64,000 bases of DNA, taken from positions 2,208 to 66,207 of IMG/VR virus record IMGVR_UViG_3300035006_000011; one strand, written 5' to 3'. The DNA comes from a virus. A model generated the notes under the pieces. It did no database searches. It worked only from the letters and a program-made list of their open reading frames with translations, and was not told the origin of the DNA. Positions within the stretch are counted from its first letter, which is position 1. Each line of letters opens with the position of its first letter. This document shows, one piece after another, positions 20,350-30,057 of the stretch. The position numbers and the translations under genes were made by a program.

Positions 20350-20559
20350 ATGTGCAACAAAGAATCCAACAGTGGCCGCAAAATGCGACTACTGGCGATT
20401 CCCAGAAAAAGGCATAAAGTATTCTGTGTCGCTGAATAACAGCGCGTGCGTTTTAGTATACAATATTTGAAATGCAGAAGGCTAGCGCTAACTAGCCCGT
20501 CAACACTGCACGCATCCCTTAGACAAGGATGCTATCCACATTTCTAAGCTAACTAGAAC

Positions 20560-21342
20560 ATGGACAGTAAAGATTCTAGCATGACCAAAGCGCATAACTA
20601 TGCGTCGGCATTGAAAACCATCAACATTGCGTTGCCTGTTAATTTGGTCGATGAATTGTTGGGGCTAATTGACCAGTTTGTTAAGAGCAAAAACATTAGA
20701 CGCAACGAAAAAGGCGATTACTCAATTTATGATTTTCTTGCCTACGTCTGCAAGAAAATCAACCCTAGTATTCCTTGGAAACGTTTTGGAAAGCAAAACC
20801 CAGCAGTCCTAACAAAATGTTCGTTCTGCCAATTCCCTGGAGAAAGACAGTCTAGAACCCCCGTTTGCTCAAAGTTTCACCTAATAGTAATTGCGTATTT
20901 AATGCCTGGTGAATATGGGGATAGGTTGCGTAAAGCGAGTGCTAATTTGATATGCGAGGTGCTAGAACAGTACCCGATCGCCAAACTAGAATCTATCCTC
21001 GCACTCGATACCGTCCCTGGCGACAAACCAGGATATCCATACAGTGACATCGACTTGCACCAATTCACCGGCTACGCATCTCTGGACTACACCCGAAAGG
21101 TAATTCGCAAGGACTACATCAAAGGGGCTGACTATATTAAGTTACAAGGTCGGTACTATCTCACGGCAGAAGCCACAGCTATCACGTGTCGAGTGGCAAG
21201 ACCAGAGAACGGATCGACGATTCCTGACGAAGTTTGGTACTACCCAGTCACACGAGAGAAAGCACAGCAGCAACAGCAAAACTCAAAGATTAACCGTAGG
21301 CGATCGCAGCAGGACGATTCAAATCAATTAAGCTTGTTCTAA
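20560..21342 (+). CDS. Bro-N-like + AntA-like DNA-binding protein
   Basis: YSIYDFL...FPGERQSRTPV...LMPG (Bro-N-like); C-terminal KDYIKGADY; ends NQLSLF. Confidence 0.7.
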   Translation: MDSKDSSMTKAHNYASALKTINIALPVNLVDELLGLIDQFVKSKNIRRNEKGDYSIYDFLAYVCKKINPSIPWKRFGKQNPAVLTKCSFCQFPGERQSRTPVCSKFHLIVIAYLMPGEYGDRLRKASANLICEVLEQYPIAKLESILALDTVPGDKPGYPYSDIDLHQFTGYASLDYTRKVIRKDYIKGADYIKLQGRYYLTAEATAITCRVARPENGSTIPDEVWYYPVTREKAQQQQQNSKINRRRSQQDDSNQLSLF

Positions 21343-21364
21343 ACCCTGTTCAAACACCAAAAAA

Positions 21365-21389
21365 GACGGATAAAGTTAATTTATCCGTC
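21365..21389. terminator. GACGGATA-N9-TATCCGTC palindrome (copy 3)
   Basis: Provides the KKDG-TAA end of the portal gene; convergent genes. Confidence 0.8.
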
Positions 21390-22913
21390 TTTTTTGTACG
21401 CATTCCTCCACTCATCAAAATCTACATTCCCAGCCACGATCGCACGAGCAATATCAATATATTTCGCATCACAACGAACATTGCCATTGTCAACAGCAGC
21501 CAAAGCAATACGGCAATTCTCCACAATTTCATCAGGTATAGCACTGTCAGTTTTTTGCTGGGGAATAGGTTGTTTGTTTGGTGGTGGCGCAATAGTTTCG
21601 CCTTCTAACGTAATGTTGTAATCAAACTCGGCTGACTCAAACTGCTTACGTGCGATCGCCGCATCATAAACACCTAGGTTAATATATTTCTCGTCCCTCT
21701 CGGACGCAAGCTTCTGCACCCCTAACTCTTCTTCTGGTGTCATTCGGTAGTTGAGAGGAAACGTCAAACTCCATCCGTCTACTATCCGTCCTTTAGTGGG
21801 AGAATCCGCAGCCAGCATTATTAACTCAAATGCTGTTTCAAGGGGCGATCGCTGTGTGTTTTCCTGCCACGAATTCAACCGATATGCATGATCAAGTCGG
21901 GAAAATTTAAATGCTTCCCCGCTTGTTAAGTTGGTTTTACCCAGTTGATTAAACAATAAAACCCTGGAAACGTCGGTATCGCTTGACCATGCCTCTTCTA
22001 GCTTTTCAATTGCTTTGTCAACTCCTTGATATTTGTTTTCAAGGTTATCGATTGCCTCATTATCAAGATCGTACATTTCCATTCTGGCGGTTGAGCGGGT
22101 TAGGTCGTTAGTAAGCGCACGCTCAACTAAATAGTCTTTGTTTTCTACTGTTGCTAAGTTCTTAACCCCAAATTTTCGCAGGCGATGGTCTTGTACCATT
22201 ATGGAGAGAGATTGTATGCCAGGGTAGTAAGCACAAAATGATTCATACATTGGCTGGATAATAGAATCATGAGAACCATTGTTACTCCACAACCCAGTCC
22301 TATCAAGTCTAACCCCGCTCAACCGTAGCACTCGGCTTGAATGCCAAATGCGAGCATTATCTGGTAAGTCATCAGTCATTGTGATTATTTCGTAAAATTC
22401 TACATCACTCCATCTACGGCTTAGTGGGCGAGCAGGACGAATTTCCCAACGAGAGTAAACTTTTAACCAGCGAATTGACTTGATGCGATCGCGGTTAACT
22501 TCTTCCATTGGGTCACCACCATCCGCTATTCCCATCAATACATAACCATCACCAAACCAGCGAGAAAATAAAGAGGCTTCTGTGATAGCTTCTTTTAATT
22601 TCAGTTTTTTTGCATACTTCATCAGGTCTTCAGGTGATAGGCTATTACTAGCTTTTCCAAAATTAAGCTTGCACCAAGCCTGTTTTGCATCAAGAGGATA
22701 GAGGGATACCGCCCTTTGAATAACCCCTGATTTGCGGTATAGCCCTGATAATTCATCTTCTGTCAATGGACGAACAGCAGGATTAATTTCGGTGTATTGG
22801 CTTTTATCTCGGCTCCCGCCTAATCCCGTCATACGATTGTAAAGCAGCGATCCAAAAGCACCTGCAAGTTTTGCAGAATCTAGCCGGACATTTTCAGTCA
22901 TCTTTAATAGCAC
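21381..22913 (-). CDS. Portal protein (DUF1073-type)
   Basis: LYRKSGVIQRAVSLYPLDA, SRWFGDGYVLMG, LKVYSRWEI motifs; 510 aa. Confidence 0.88.
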   Translation of the reverse strand: MLLKMTENVRLDSAKLAGAFGSLLYNRMTGLGGSRDKSQYTEINPAVRPLTEDELSGLYRKSGVIQRAVSLYPLDAKQAWCKLNFGKASNSLSPEDLMKYAKKLKLKEAITEASLFSRWFGDGYVLMGIADGGDPMEEVNRDRIKSIRWLKVYSRWEIRPARPLSRRWSDVEFYEIITMTDDLPDNARIWHSSRVLRLSGVRLDRTGLWSNNGSHDSIIQPMYESFCAYYPGIQSLSIMVQDHRLRKFGVKNLATVENKDYLVERALTNDLTRSTARMEMYDLDNEAIDNLENKYQGVDKAIEKLEEAWSSDTDVSRVLLFNQLGKTNLTSGEAFKFSRLDHAYRLNSWQENTQRSPLETAFELIMLAADSPTKGRIVDGWSLTFPLNYRMTPEEELGVQKLASERDEKYINLGVYDAAIARKQFESAEFDYNITLEGETIAPPPNKQPIPQQKTDSAIPDEIVENCRIALAAVDNGNVRCDAKYIDIARAIVAGNVDFDEWRNAYKKDG

Positions 22914-22966
22914 GGTTGTGCCGTTATCAACACGTTAAAATCATGTTAATGGTTTTGGGCGCAACT

Positions 22967-23608
22967 ATGCAAATAGTGTGGGGTAAGCAGCAGCTTTTTG
23001 GGTTTTGCTCGGCTTGTCATAATTTTAGACAAACATACTGCATCAGAGAAGAAAAAAAATATTGCATTAACTGTGGAACTTTTTTGACTCAAAAAAATGG
23101 ATGGGTTCAATCGGCGCAACCAGTTAAAGTCAAAAAGAAACTCCAAACTCGCAGCAAGAAAATCAAAAAAATTAGACAAAACGTAGCTGAACAACGGCGA
23201 AAAACTATACTCGATTTGCTTGCAGAATCGCCAGCAACAATATTTGATATTGCACCATTATTAAACAGAACAGTAGAAACCGCTTACCATTACTGCTCTA
23301 TTTTGGAAAAAGAAGGATTAATTGAATCTTATAGGCGCGATCGCGCTACTCCCCTCACTTATTGTCTTAAAGGGCAAAAGCCCGAACTAATCAAAATTCA
23401 TGGACTGACCACCTGGAATAAAATAATAAATGCTTTGGCGGAGTGCGATCGCCCTCTAACAACAGCGGAAATTGCTGAAAAAACTGGGATGATTCAAACA
23501 ACTATTAGAGCTATGGCAGCGAAAATGCATAAAAAAGGAGCGATCGCTGCTTGGGTTAAGCAAAGCAGATATCATGCAAAATATTATGCCCTCCAAAAAG
23601 ACGGATAA
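22967..23608 (+). CDS. Zn-ribbon + tandem winged-HTH regulator
   Basis: CSAC/CINC; two wHTH repeats (ILDLLAESPATIFDIA; IINALAECDRPLTTAEIAEKTG); start uncertain. Confidence 0.7.
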   Translation: MQIVWGKQQLFGFCSACHNFRQTYCIREEKKYCINCGTFLTQKNGWVQSAQPVKVKKKLQTRSKKIKKIRQNVAEQRRKTILDLLAESPATIFDIAPLLNRTVETAYHYCSILEKEGLIESYRRDRATPLTYCLKGQKPELIKIHGLTTWNKIINALAECDRPLTTAEIAEKTGMIQTTIRAMAAKMHKKGAIAAWVKQSRYHAKYYALQKDG

Positions 23609-23632
23609 TTTATCCGTCTTTTTGGAGGGCAT
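23586..23632. repeat. 47-bp perfect palindrome containing GACGGATA-N3-TATCCGTC (copy 4)
   Basis: 23-bp arms around a single T; contains both convergent stop codons. Confidence 0.95.
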
Positions 23633-23861
23633 TCCGCACGATTCGATTAACCAAGCTTAAATAATCGTCTAGCTCTTCAAATTCATCTAGCTCGTTTGTT
23701 TCGTTTAAAGTCAGCGATAACTCTTTTTGTTTCGCTAGCAATGCTTCTATTTTTTCAATAGTAGTACTTGATGCGCGAAAAATAGGCACGTTTTCGACTA
23801 GTTCAATACGAATAGCTCCATCTAGTTGTAATTTCTCAAGAAAAGACCAATTGTTTTTCAT
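23610..23861 (-). CDS. Small conserved cyanobacterial-type protein
   Basis: IRIELVENVPIFRAS...ELDDYLSLVNRIVRN pattern. Confidence 0.7.
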   Translation of the reverse strand: MKNNWSFLEKLQLDGAIRIELVENVPIFRASSTTIEKIEALLAKQKELSLTLNETNELDEFEELDDYLSLVNRIVRNALQKDG

Positions 23862-24300
23862 TGACTTGCCCCAACACTAAATCAATTCTACACTCTAGTA
23901 ATTGTCCGTCTTTAGTCCAACGTGATTCGGTGCGATCGCACTTCAACATTACGCAGGGGCTAAGTTGTCGTTGTCCCCACCGCCAAAATAAGATTGGTGG
24001 CGCTCCGTTTTCTGGTTGCATCAACGAAGTAAGTTGGTCAATGTAGTCACCTATCAATGCATCATTAGCCCCAGCAGGAAAAGACATAGATAATGACCAC
24101 CCATTGATTGAGGCAAATTGAAGGATAGGGACATTTCCACTTGTATTGCTTGGTTGATAGCTAATCCCCCTTGACCATTGCATTTCGGTAGGGAGTAACA
24201 AGAATTCCCATGTTGCTTTACCGTCTAGTCGTGCGATCGCGGCGTATTGGGCGTTGATACTGCGATCGTGCGGGAGAGTGTTAAGTACTTTTATATTCAT
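23836..24300 (-). CDS. Tail tube initiator / CIS tube-like protein
   Basis: APPILFWRWGQRQLSPCVM...RWTKDGQLLECRIDLVL. Confidence 0.65.
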   Translation of the reverse strand: MNIKVLNTLPHDRSINAQYAAIARLDGKATWEFLLLPTEMQWSRGISYQPSNTSGNVPILQFASINGWSLSMSFPAGANDALIGDYIDQLTSLMQPENGAPPILFWRWGQRQLSPCVMLKCDRTESRWTKDGQLLECRIDLVLGQVNEKQLVFS

Positions 24301-24433
24301 GGCAGTAAATATTTTGTGTCGTTTAATTTTACCGCGTGCATTCTGGTGTACAATCTTTTTGAGATGGGCACGGTGCTGATAACACCGTTTGCTTTGAACA
24401 ACCCACCAACCATAAACGTATTAGAGGTACGAA

Positions 24434-25168
24434 ATGGCTATAGATATTTTAACAGCAGTTGTCGCACCTGTGGCGATCGGGCATATCGAAATTGAAGGTT
24501 TGCATACTGATTGTGGGCGTTTTGCGGTATCGGTTCAACAAGCCGCAGATTTGTTCCAGGTTCGTCCGGATAACGCGCAGAGAGACTTCAAACGCGCTCT
24601 GGGAAGGGATGTCAGGTTCGTCCGAATTCGCATAAAAAACGCTGAATCTAAAAAAGCAGAAAATGCTATATTGCTTGATGATTTTAGAAAGCTAGTTCTT
24701 AAGCTCAATAAGAAAAGCAATATAGTTGCAGAAGTTCTTGTCGAAATTCTTTGCGGAGTCTCGCTTGAGCAACTGTTTGCCGATGCATTCGACATCAACT
24801 TAACCAAATCCGATCGCCAAGACATTGCGAATCGCATTCTTGATAAAGCCTGCCCTTGGGACTTGATGTACCAGAAAGAACTTCGTGAGAAAGGCTTTTC
24901 ATGGTACGGCAGCCAATTTTATTGGGTATACTTCTACGGCTGGATGGACGCAGAGGAAAAGGCAAAACATGAGCGTTTAAACCCAGTAATAAATGGTCGC
25001 CGCAAAGACAAAATCCATCAGTGGATTGAACCTGGAACTCGCGATCGCCTTCGCGATAAAGCAAAGGAACTAGGGATGCTGATTCGGATGTCTCAGAACC
25101 GCATTCAGTTTGAGAAAAACTTTGCGGCTTTATATGGGCATGGTTATCAAAACGATCTTGGCATCTAA
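24434..25168 (+). CDS. P63C-family antirepressor-like protein (intact)
   Basis: GHIEIEGL N-terminus; C-terminal PWDLMY...ERLNPVINGRRKDKIHQW. Confidence 0.75.
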   Translation: MAIDILTAVVAPVAIGHIEIEGLHTDCGRFAVSVQQAADLFQVRPDNAQRDFKRALGRDVRFVRIRIKNAESKKAENAILLDDFRKLVLKLNKKSNIVAEVLVEILCGVSLEQLFADAFDINLTKSDRQDIANRILDKACPWDLMYQKELREKGFSWYGSQFYWVYFYGWMDAEEKAKHERLNPVINGRRKDKIHQWIEPGTRDRLRDKAKELGMLIRMSQNRIQFEKNFAALYGHGYQNDLGI

Positions 25169-25194
25169 CCAACAAATTTCTCCCATCGTTTTAG

Positions 25195-25220
25195 GACGGA
25201 TAGAATTTAATCTATCCGTC
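25195..25220. terminator. GACGGATA-N10-TATCCGTC palindrome (copy 5)
   Basis: Followed by T8; between convergent genes. Confidence 0.8.
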
Positions 25221-25226
25221 TTTTTT

Positions 25227-26342
25227 TTATCGTCCATACCTTAAATCAATACTGGCGGAAGTAGTCAGGTTGATAGTGGAAGCGGTGCCAGTTCGCGTGA
25301 CTTGGAATTCAAGGTAAGCGATATTTTCAAGAGCAATCGCGGGTTGAGTATTGCTAAATTTAGAACTGCCTATAGTCTGACTTTGGTTGTTGTAAATCAG
25401 TAAATCAGTAGCTACCCCCGTCCGGCTGTATGCCCTAATTCGCATTTCCCAGTAATCGGTGGAACTACTGCCGCTGCCATTTGCTCTTAACTGAGCATAG
25501 ATGTTTTCGATGTAGATTCGGGGAACACGAAGAGGAATCAATTTTGACATCACCACATTGCTCAACCCTGCGACGGGAACGGGGAAATCAGTGACGACGA
25601 TTGAACTGTACCAATTAGCTGATTTATATACCCAAGGCTGAGGAGCGATCGCGTTTGCAGGTTCAAACCAAAATAGTTCATCCCCAGGTGGGGGGACTGT
25701 CCCTACAACACCTATCGACAGCTTCCCATCGATCGCAGTTTGTAGCCCGGTGACATTAGCGATCGCATGACTGTGCGCTGTTGGGGTACGGGCATCGCTC
25801 AATCTTGAGTCATTATTACTAACTTTCCCGTCAAGAGCGATTTGTAATCCTGTGACGTTAGCGATTGTGTGAGTATGGCTTGCTAACTCAATTGTTATTT
25901 TGTAGCTACTCCACGTTGTTGAACTGCTGGCAATTTCATCATCGATAGCCGCACCCCCGCTACCCGGCTTCCAACCGCCGATAATTCCATCCGGCATTGT
26001 CGGATTCCCGTCAACCCATTTATCAACGTCGTAATCTTCGTCCGTTCCTTCTGTGTAAGGAAGCAAAAGACGCGATCGCAAATCATCCGCTAGTGATTTG
26101 ATTCTGGCTAATTCTTCAACTGTGACGCGATCGCCTCCACATACGATCTCGACTTTGGTAGAAGTTATTTCGATAAATGAAGACCCAAAGCCCAATGCAA
26201 CTCGCAATGGCTCATCTTCTATTTCTATTACCTTAAACAACGCTTCTCGAAAAGATTCGAGTTCTGGGTAGGCTGTAGATGCGATCGCGATCGTTTCTAT
26301 TAACTTTTTCATATAAATCAAAAAATAAATAGCCACAACCAA
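25227..26342 (-). CDS. Fibre-like virion protein with HxH repeats
   Basis: Two HTHTIANVTGLQxAxDGK repeats around DSRLSDARTP; start probably 26312. Confidence 0.7.
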   Translation of the reverse strand: MVVAIYFLIYMKKLIETIAIASTAYPELESFREALFKVIEIEDEPLRVALGFGSSFIEITSTKVEIVCGGDRVTVEELARIKSLADDLRSRLLLPYTEGTDEDYDVDKWVDGNPTMPDGIIGGWKPGSGGAAIDDEIASSSTTWSSYKITIELASHTHTIANVTGLQIALDGKVSNNDSRLSDARTPTAHSHAIANVTGLQTAIDGKLSIGVVGTVPPPGDELFWFEPANAIAPQPWVYKSANWYSSIVVTDFPVPVAGLSNVVMSKLIPLRVPRIYIENIYAQLRANGSGSSSTDYWEMRIRAYSRTGVATDLLIYNNQSQTIGSSKFSNTQPAIALENIAYLEFQVTRTGTASTINLTTSASIDLRYGR

Positions 26343-26409
26343 AGTTGTATTTTTGAGTATCCCTTGACAGCTTATTTTATCTTGGTTTTAGATTGTGCTA
26401 TAGGAATAG

Positions 26410-27642
26410 ATGCCGTTACGATTTGATGCACGACAAAGTTTAACCTGGGAGAAGCTAAGTGGCGATCGCTACCTAGCTCATTCTGTGCTGGGGAAAGCTG
26501 GTTTACCTCTAAAGTATTACCATTGGGACGGGAAAGGCTGGAAAAATCGAATAGAGACGGTGCGTCATGACGAGCTTTTTAACGATGATTCGCTACTAAG
26601 TGCCCGTGCTATCCCATTGCTATTAGGTCATCCAAAATCTGGCCGGTACGACAACAATAAAGAAGGGCTATTAGTTGGACATACTTTTGACTCGTTCCTT
26701 AGAGAGGACAATCAGCTAATTATGCCCGTTGTCGTAGACGATCGCCGAGGAGTGCGGATTATTAATGATGCGATCGCCTCTGGGTTAATGGCAGAGGTTA
26801 GTCCAGGGTACTCGATAACAGGGTTGGAGCGGCAGGACAATATCTTTTATCAGATAGGACGCAGATACGACCATTTAGCTTTGCTGTCGCCCGGAGAAGG
26901 AAGGGGAGGACAGGCGATCTCGCTGCGTACTGACAGTCAGGACGATATAGCTGGGGCTGAAACACAGTTTTTTTTCGTCGGTGAAGTTTCCAAAAAACAA
27001 AATAATAATTTGGAATTAGAGGGGGAATTATCCCCCTCCCGGACAAAAAAAGGAGGTACAAAATTGAAAGTAAAGCTTGACGGTAAAGAGTTTGAGATTG
27101 AGGATGCTGAATTAGCTCTCGCCATCGAACGAACTAATACCCGAATTGATAGCCTGACAAGTGAAAAAGACGCATTGACCGCTGATAAATCCAAAGTCGA
27201 AGGTGAGCTAGCCGGAATCAAGACTCGGTTAGATGCGGCTGAATCGAGTAAGCCAACTGAAGATGCGATCGCTGTCGATATCCAAGAGCGTCTTGATACG
27301 TGGGTGTCCGTCCTGCCTGCATTAAGGACGGATAAAAAAGATTTTCAACCAGACTATAAACTTACTCCAACCGAAATTAAGCAACTATATTTCAAAGCTA
27401 AACACCCAGGCATCAAACTTGACGGCAAATCTGCGGCTTATGTAGATGGTCTTTGGGATGCCCTAAAACCTGCTTTAAAATCAACCGACGAGGAAGCAAT
27501 CGATAGAACAGATGCTTTGTTGGAGCAGTTGAATAGGGCAGATGCAGCGCTAAAAGATGAGAAAGACGATCCGCTAATGGACAAGATACGCGATCGCTAT
27601 AAAACTGCTCACAAGAAAACCAAGACGGGGGCAATGAATTAA
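26410..27642 (+). CDS. DUF2213 capsid maturation protease/scaffold
   Basis: AIPLLLGHP, EVSPGY, YDHLALL..GRGG then coiled-coil scaffold. Confidence 0.85.
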   Translation: MPLRFDARQSLTWEKLSGDRYLAHSVLGKAGLPLKYYHWDGKGWKNRIETVRHDELFNDDSLLSARAIPLLLGHPKSGRYDNNKEGLLVGHTFDSFLREDNQLIMPVVVDDRRGVRIINDAIASGLMAEVSPGYSITGLERQDNIFYQIGRRYDHLALLSPGEGRGGQAISLRTDSQDDIAGAETQFFFVGEVSKKQNNNLELEGELSPSRTKKGGTKLKVKLDGKEFEIEDAELALAIERTNTRIDSLTSEKDALTADKSKVEGELAGIKTRLDAAESSKPTEDAIAVDIQERLDTWVSVLPALRTDKKDFQPDYKLTPTEIKQLYFKAKHPGIKLDGKSAAYVDGLWDALKPALKSTDEEAIDRTDALLEQLNRADAALKDEKDDPLMDKIRDRYKTAHKKTKTGAMN

Positions 27643-27715
27643 AAATGCCGATATTTCAATCCCTGAGAGGGTGTCTTTTTTGCCCCTGTAAAATTATAGC
27701 AAGAGAGGAAGATTA

Positions 27716-28267
27716 ATGCCGATAACTGATTACACTCTTCCAATTGACAAGTTGCTTCCTTGGGGCAAAATAGCAACTCTTGACAATGCTCAAATATGGG
27801 CGTTCAAGCAATCAACAGCCGTCATTTACCCTTTTGGGTTTGGAGTGGTTAAAGGTGCCACTGATGGGACGGTTAAACTCCCTTCAGCGAAAACTGATTT
27901 GTTTTATGGAATTGTTCGCGCTGCTGATATTTACGAAAAACGCGCAGGATACTCTGTCTCATCTCAAGGATATGACGGTTTTCCTGCAAAAGAAGTGCTT
28001 TCTGTTATTCGCGGGGGATCTCCCGGAACTCCTATATCCGTGCCAATATCGCAAACAGTAGCAGATGGAGATCCTGTTTTTCTCCAAGTTTTAGATAACA
28101 CAGTCAACACTGCTGGAATTGCAGGAACTTGGAGAAAAGATTCAGATGGAACTAGCCCAAGCGATCGCGCGATTGTAATTACTTATGCACGCTGGATAGG
28201 AATGAAGCAAGCACCGGGGGCGAACACGCTAGGGACAGGATATTTAGAACTGAGGATGCCCAACTAA
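27716..28267 (+). CDS. Head decoration/cement protein
   Basis: PFGFGVVKG, VADGDPVF; directly upstream of capsid gene. Confidence 0.7.
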   Translation: MPITDYTLPIDKLLPWGKIATLDNAQIWAFKQSTAVIYPFGFGVVKGATDGTVKLPSAKTDLFYGIVRAADIYEKRAGYSVSSQGYDGFPAKEVLSVIRGGSPGTPISVPISQTVADGDPVFLQVLDNTVNTAGIAGTWRKDSDGTSPSDRAIVITYARWIGMKQAPGANTLGTGYLELRMPN

Positions 28268-29217
28268 TGCCTAGTTTTTTATATAACGATCTGACGCAAT
28301 TAATGCCGAAGATTTTAGAACCTCGATACGAGACTCTATATTTTGAGAATGGAGATTTAATTCCGACCCAAACAGATTTAATCCCAGGTGCAAGAGAAAT
28401 CGCCTACGAGCGCTTTTCTGAATTTGGGGATGCTGATTTTGTCAGCGATGCAACAACAAATATTCCGATTGTTGACATTTCTATTGATGAAGACAGATAC
28501 CCAATCTATATGCTGGCTTCGGGATTTCCACTATCCTTGCAAGAACAAAGAGCTTACAATCACCGATCGCGTGGTGGAACAACACCATCAACTTTTAACC
28601 GATACGAAAGACGGATGGCAGCTGCTCGTAAAGTCGTGGCAATGCGAACGAACCGCGCAACATCAACGGGATATGTGGGGCAAAATCTTAATTTTCCTGG
28701 AATGTTGACCAACGCGATCGTGCCTACTGTTAACAGTGCGTTTGACATGAATAGCGGGACTTTTAACACTATCCTGGATTTCATGATTGCCACTATTGAG
28801 TCGCTAACTGACAATTTTGTCTCAATGGAGCCAACAGAGTTATTGCTGCCGCCTAACGTCAGAAAAAAAATGCTTTCGACTTACAACACAAACGGGACTA
28901 AAACCGTTATGCAGGCTTTGGATGAGCAATACCCAGATTTAGAGGTACAAAAAATTCGCGAAACTTCTGCAACTGCTCTAGATGCTGTGGGGACAATACC
29001 AAATCGTGTTACTGGGAAAGATCGGTTAATGCTTTATCCCAAGGAAAGCAGCGTACTTAATCGACACATTGAGTCAAGCGTTGCGGAACTTGCACCAGAA
29101 GAGTTTATCCGAACCGATGGATTGAGACGTATCTACCCAATGTTTTCATGCATTACTCCGACAATCTTTGATTACCCGCAGGATTGTCGATACGTTGATA
29201 TTGTGAAGGTGAACTGA
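28267..29217 (+). CDS. Major capsid protein (DUF2184-type HK97 fold)
   Basis: 316 aa; PTELLLPP, RLMLYPK motifs; canonical position after protease and decoration. Confidence 0.88.
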   Translation: MPSFLYNDLTQLMPKILEPRYETLYFENGDLIPTQTDLIPGAREIAYERFSEFGDADFVSDATTNIPIVDISIDEDRYPIYMLASGFPLSLQEQRAYNHRSRGGTTPSTFNRYERRMAAARKVVAMRTNRATSTGYVGQNLNFPGMLTNAIVPTVNSAFDMNSGTFNTILDFMIATIESLTDNFVSMEPTELLLPPNVRKKMLSTYNTNGTKTVMQALDEQYPDLEVQKIRETSATALDAVGTIPNRVTGKDRLMLYPKESSVLNRHIESSVAELAPEEFIRTDGLRRIYPMFSCITPTIFDYPQDCRYVDIVKVN

Positions 29218-29660
29218 TGGGAACAGTAGTACTGAATACGAACAAGCTTGGTATAGCCAAAACAACCCCTTATTACATATCTGGGCAGGATTTGCTTAAC
29301 CCAGAAGAAAAGGATATTAACTTAAGAAAGTTGGAAGCTTGGCAAGTTGAACTTAAGGATGGTGCAAACGAGGTAAGCGATCGCCTCGTTGAACTCATCA
29401 AAAAGCATCCTGATATTGACTGGTATCTAAATAATGGAATTCTTTCTTTTGAAGAACAACCAGCACCAACTATCCCACCCACCGACCCACCGCCACCAGT
29501 AAAAGATATAAAAGCTCTTTCTGTAAAGCTTGCAGAACCAATCATTAAAGCTGAAACAGATATTAAATTGTTGAAGGAGTGGGAAAACGATCCACGGACG
29601 GGGATTAAGGATTTAGTAGGCGATCGCTTACTTGAGTTAGGAGAAATGCCTAATGTTTAA
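29217..29660 (+). CDS. Head-associated protein
   Basis: C-terminal AETDIKLLKEWENDPRTGIKDLV helical motif; coupled to capsid. Confidence 0.55.
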   Translation: MGTVVLNTNKLGIAKTTPYYISGQDLLNPEEKDINLRKLEAWQVELKDGANEVSDRLVELIKKHPDIDWYLNNGILSFEEQPAPTIPPTDPPPPVKDIKALSVKLAEPIIKAETDIKLLKEWENDPRTGIKDLVGDRLLELGEMPNV

Positions 29661-30057
29661 TTCCCCTTTCGCCTCCGATATATTTCAGCAAGCTACTTTT
29701 ACATTCAAAGTGCAAAGTGGTGCTGGTGCCGCGACGACGGATGCGAGGGGGAATACAAAAACTCAAGGAGAAGCAATCGCGCATACATTCAAATTATCCA
29801 AAACAAGTCCAAATCTAAGGAAGGAATATGAAGTGGCACAACTTGATGAACTTTATAACGCAACTGTGGTTGATGGCATTGGGATATTAGACCCTCGTAT
29901 CCGTCCCGGCGATGTGGGAGATGGGGAAGTGAAAGGACGGAAGTGCATTTGTACTGTGAGATCACTCTCTCAATCTTCAATCAATATAATCCCTGAAATA
30001 CTGGGGGAGAAATATCTTATCCAAGTTTCTTATAGAGCCAAAGGAGGTACTAATTAA
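29653..30057 (+). CDS. Putative head closure protein
   Basis: Beta-rich 134 aa in head-tail joining position. Confidence 0.5.
   Translation: MFNSPFASDIFQQATFTFKVQSGAGAATTDARGNTKTQGEAIAHTFKLSKTSPNLRKEYEVAQLDELYNATVVDGIGILDPRIRPGDVGDGEVKGRKCICTVRSLSQSSINIIPEILGEKYLIQVSYRAKGGTN

Noticed and set aside
21381-22913. Anti-CBASS Acb1 label sometimes attached to DUF1073 proteins
   Set aside because: Sequence is a 510-aa portal with no 2H phosphoesterase HxT motifs recognised
1423-26342. Diversity-generating retroelement or fibre shufflon
   Set aside because: No reverse transcriptase or invertase in the window, and no near-identical TR/VR pair or inverted fibre cassettes seen
27305-27334. Outward-facing TGTCCGTCCT-N10-AGGACGGATA pair resembling the palindrome family
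   Set aside because: Opposite arm order, inside the scaffold CDS, no A/T tracts; not counted as a family member, though it may be worth rechecking
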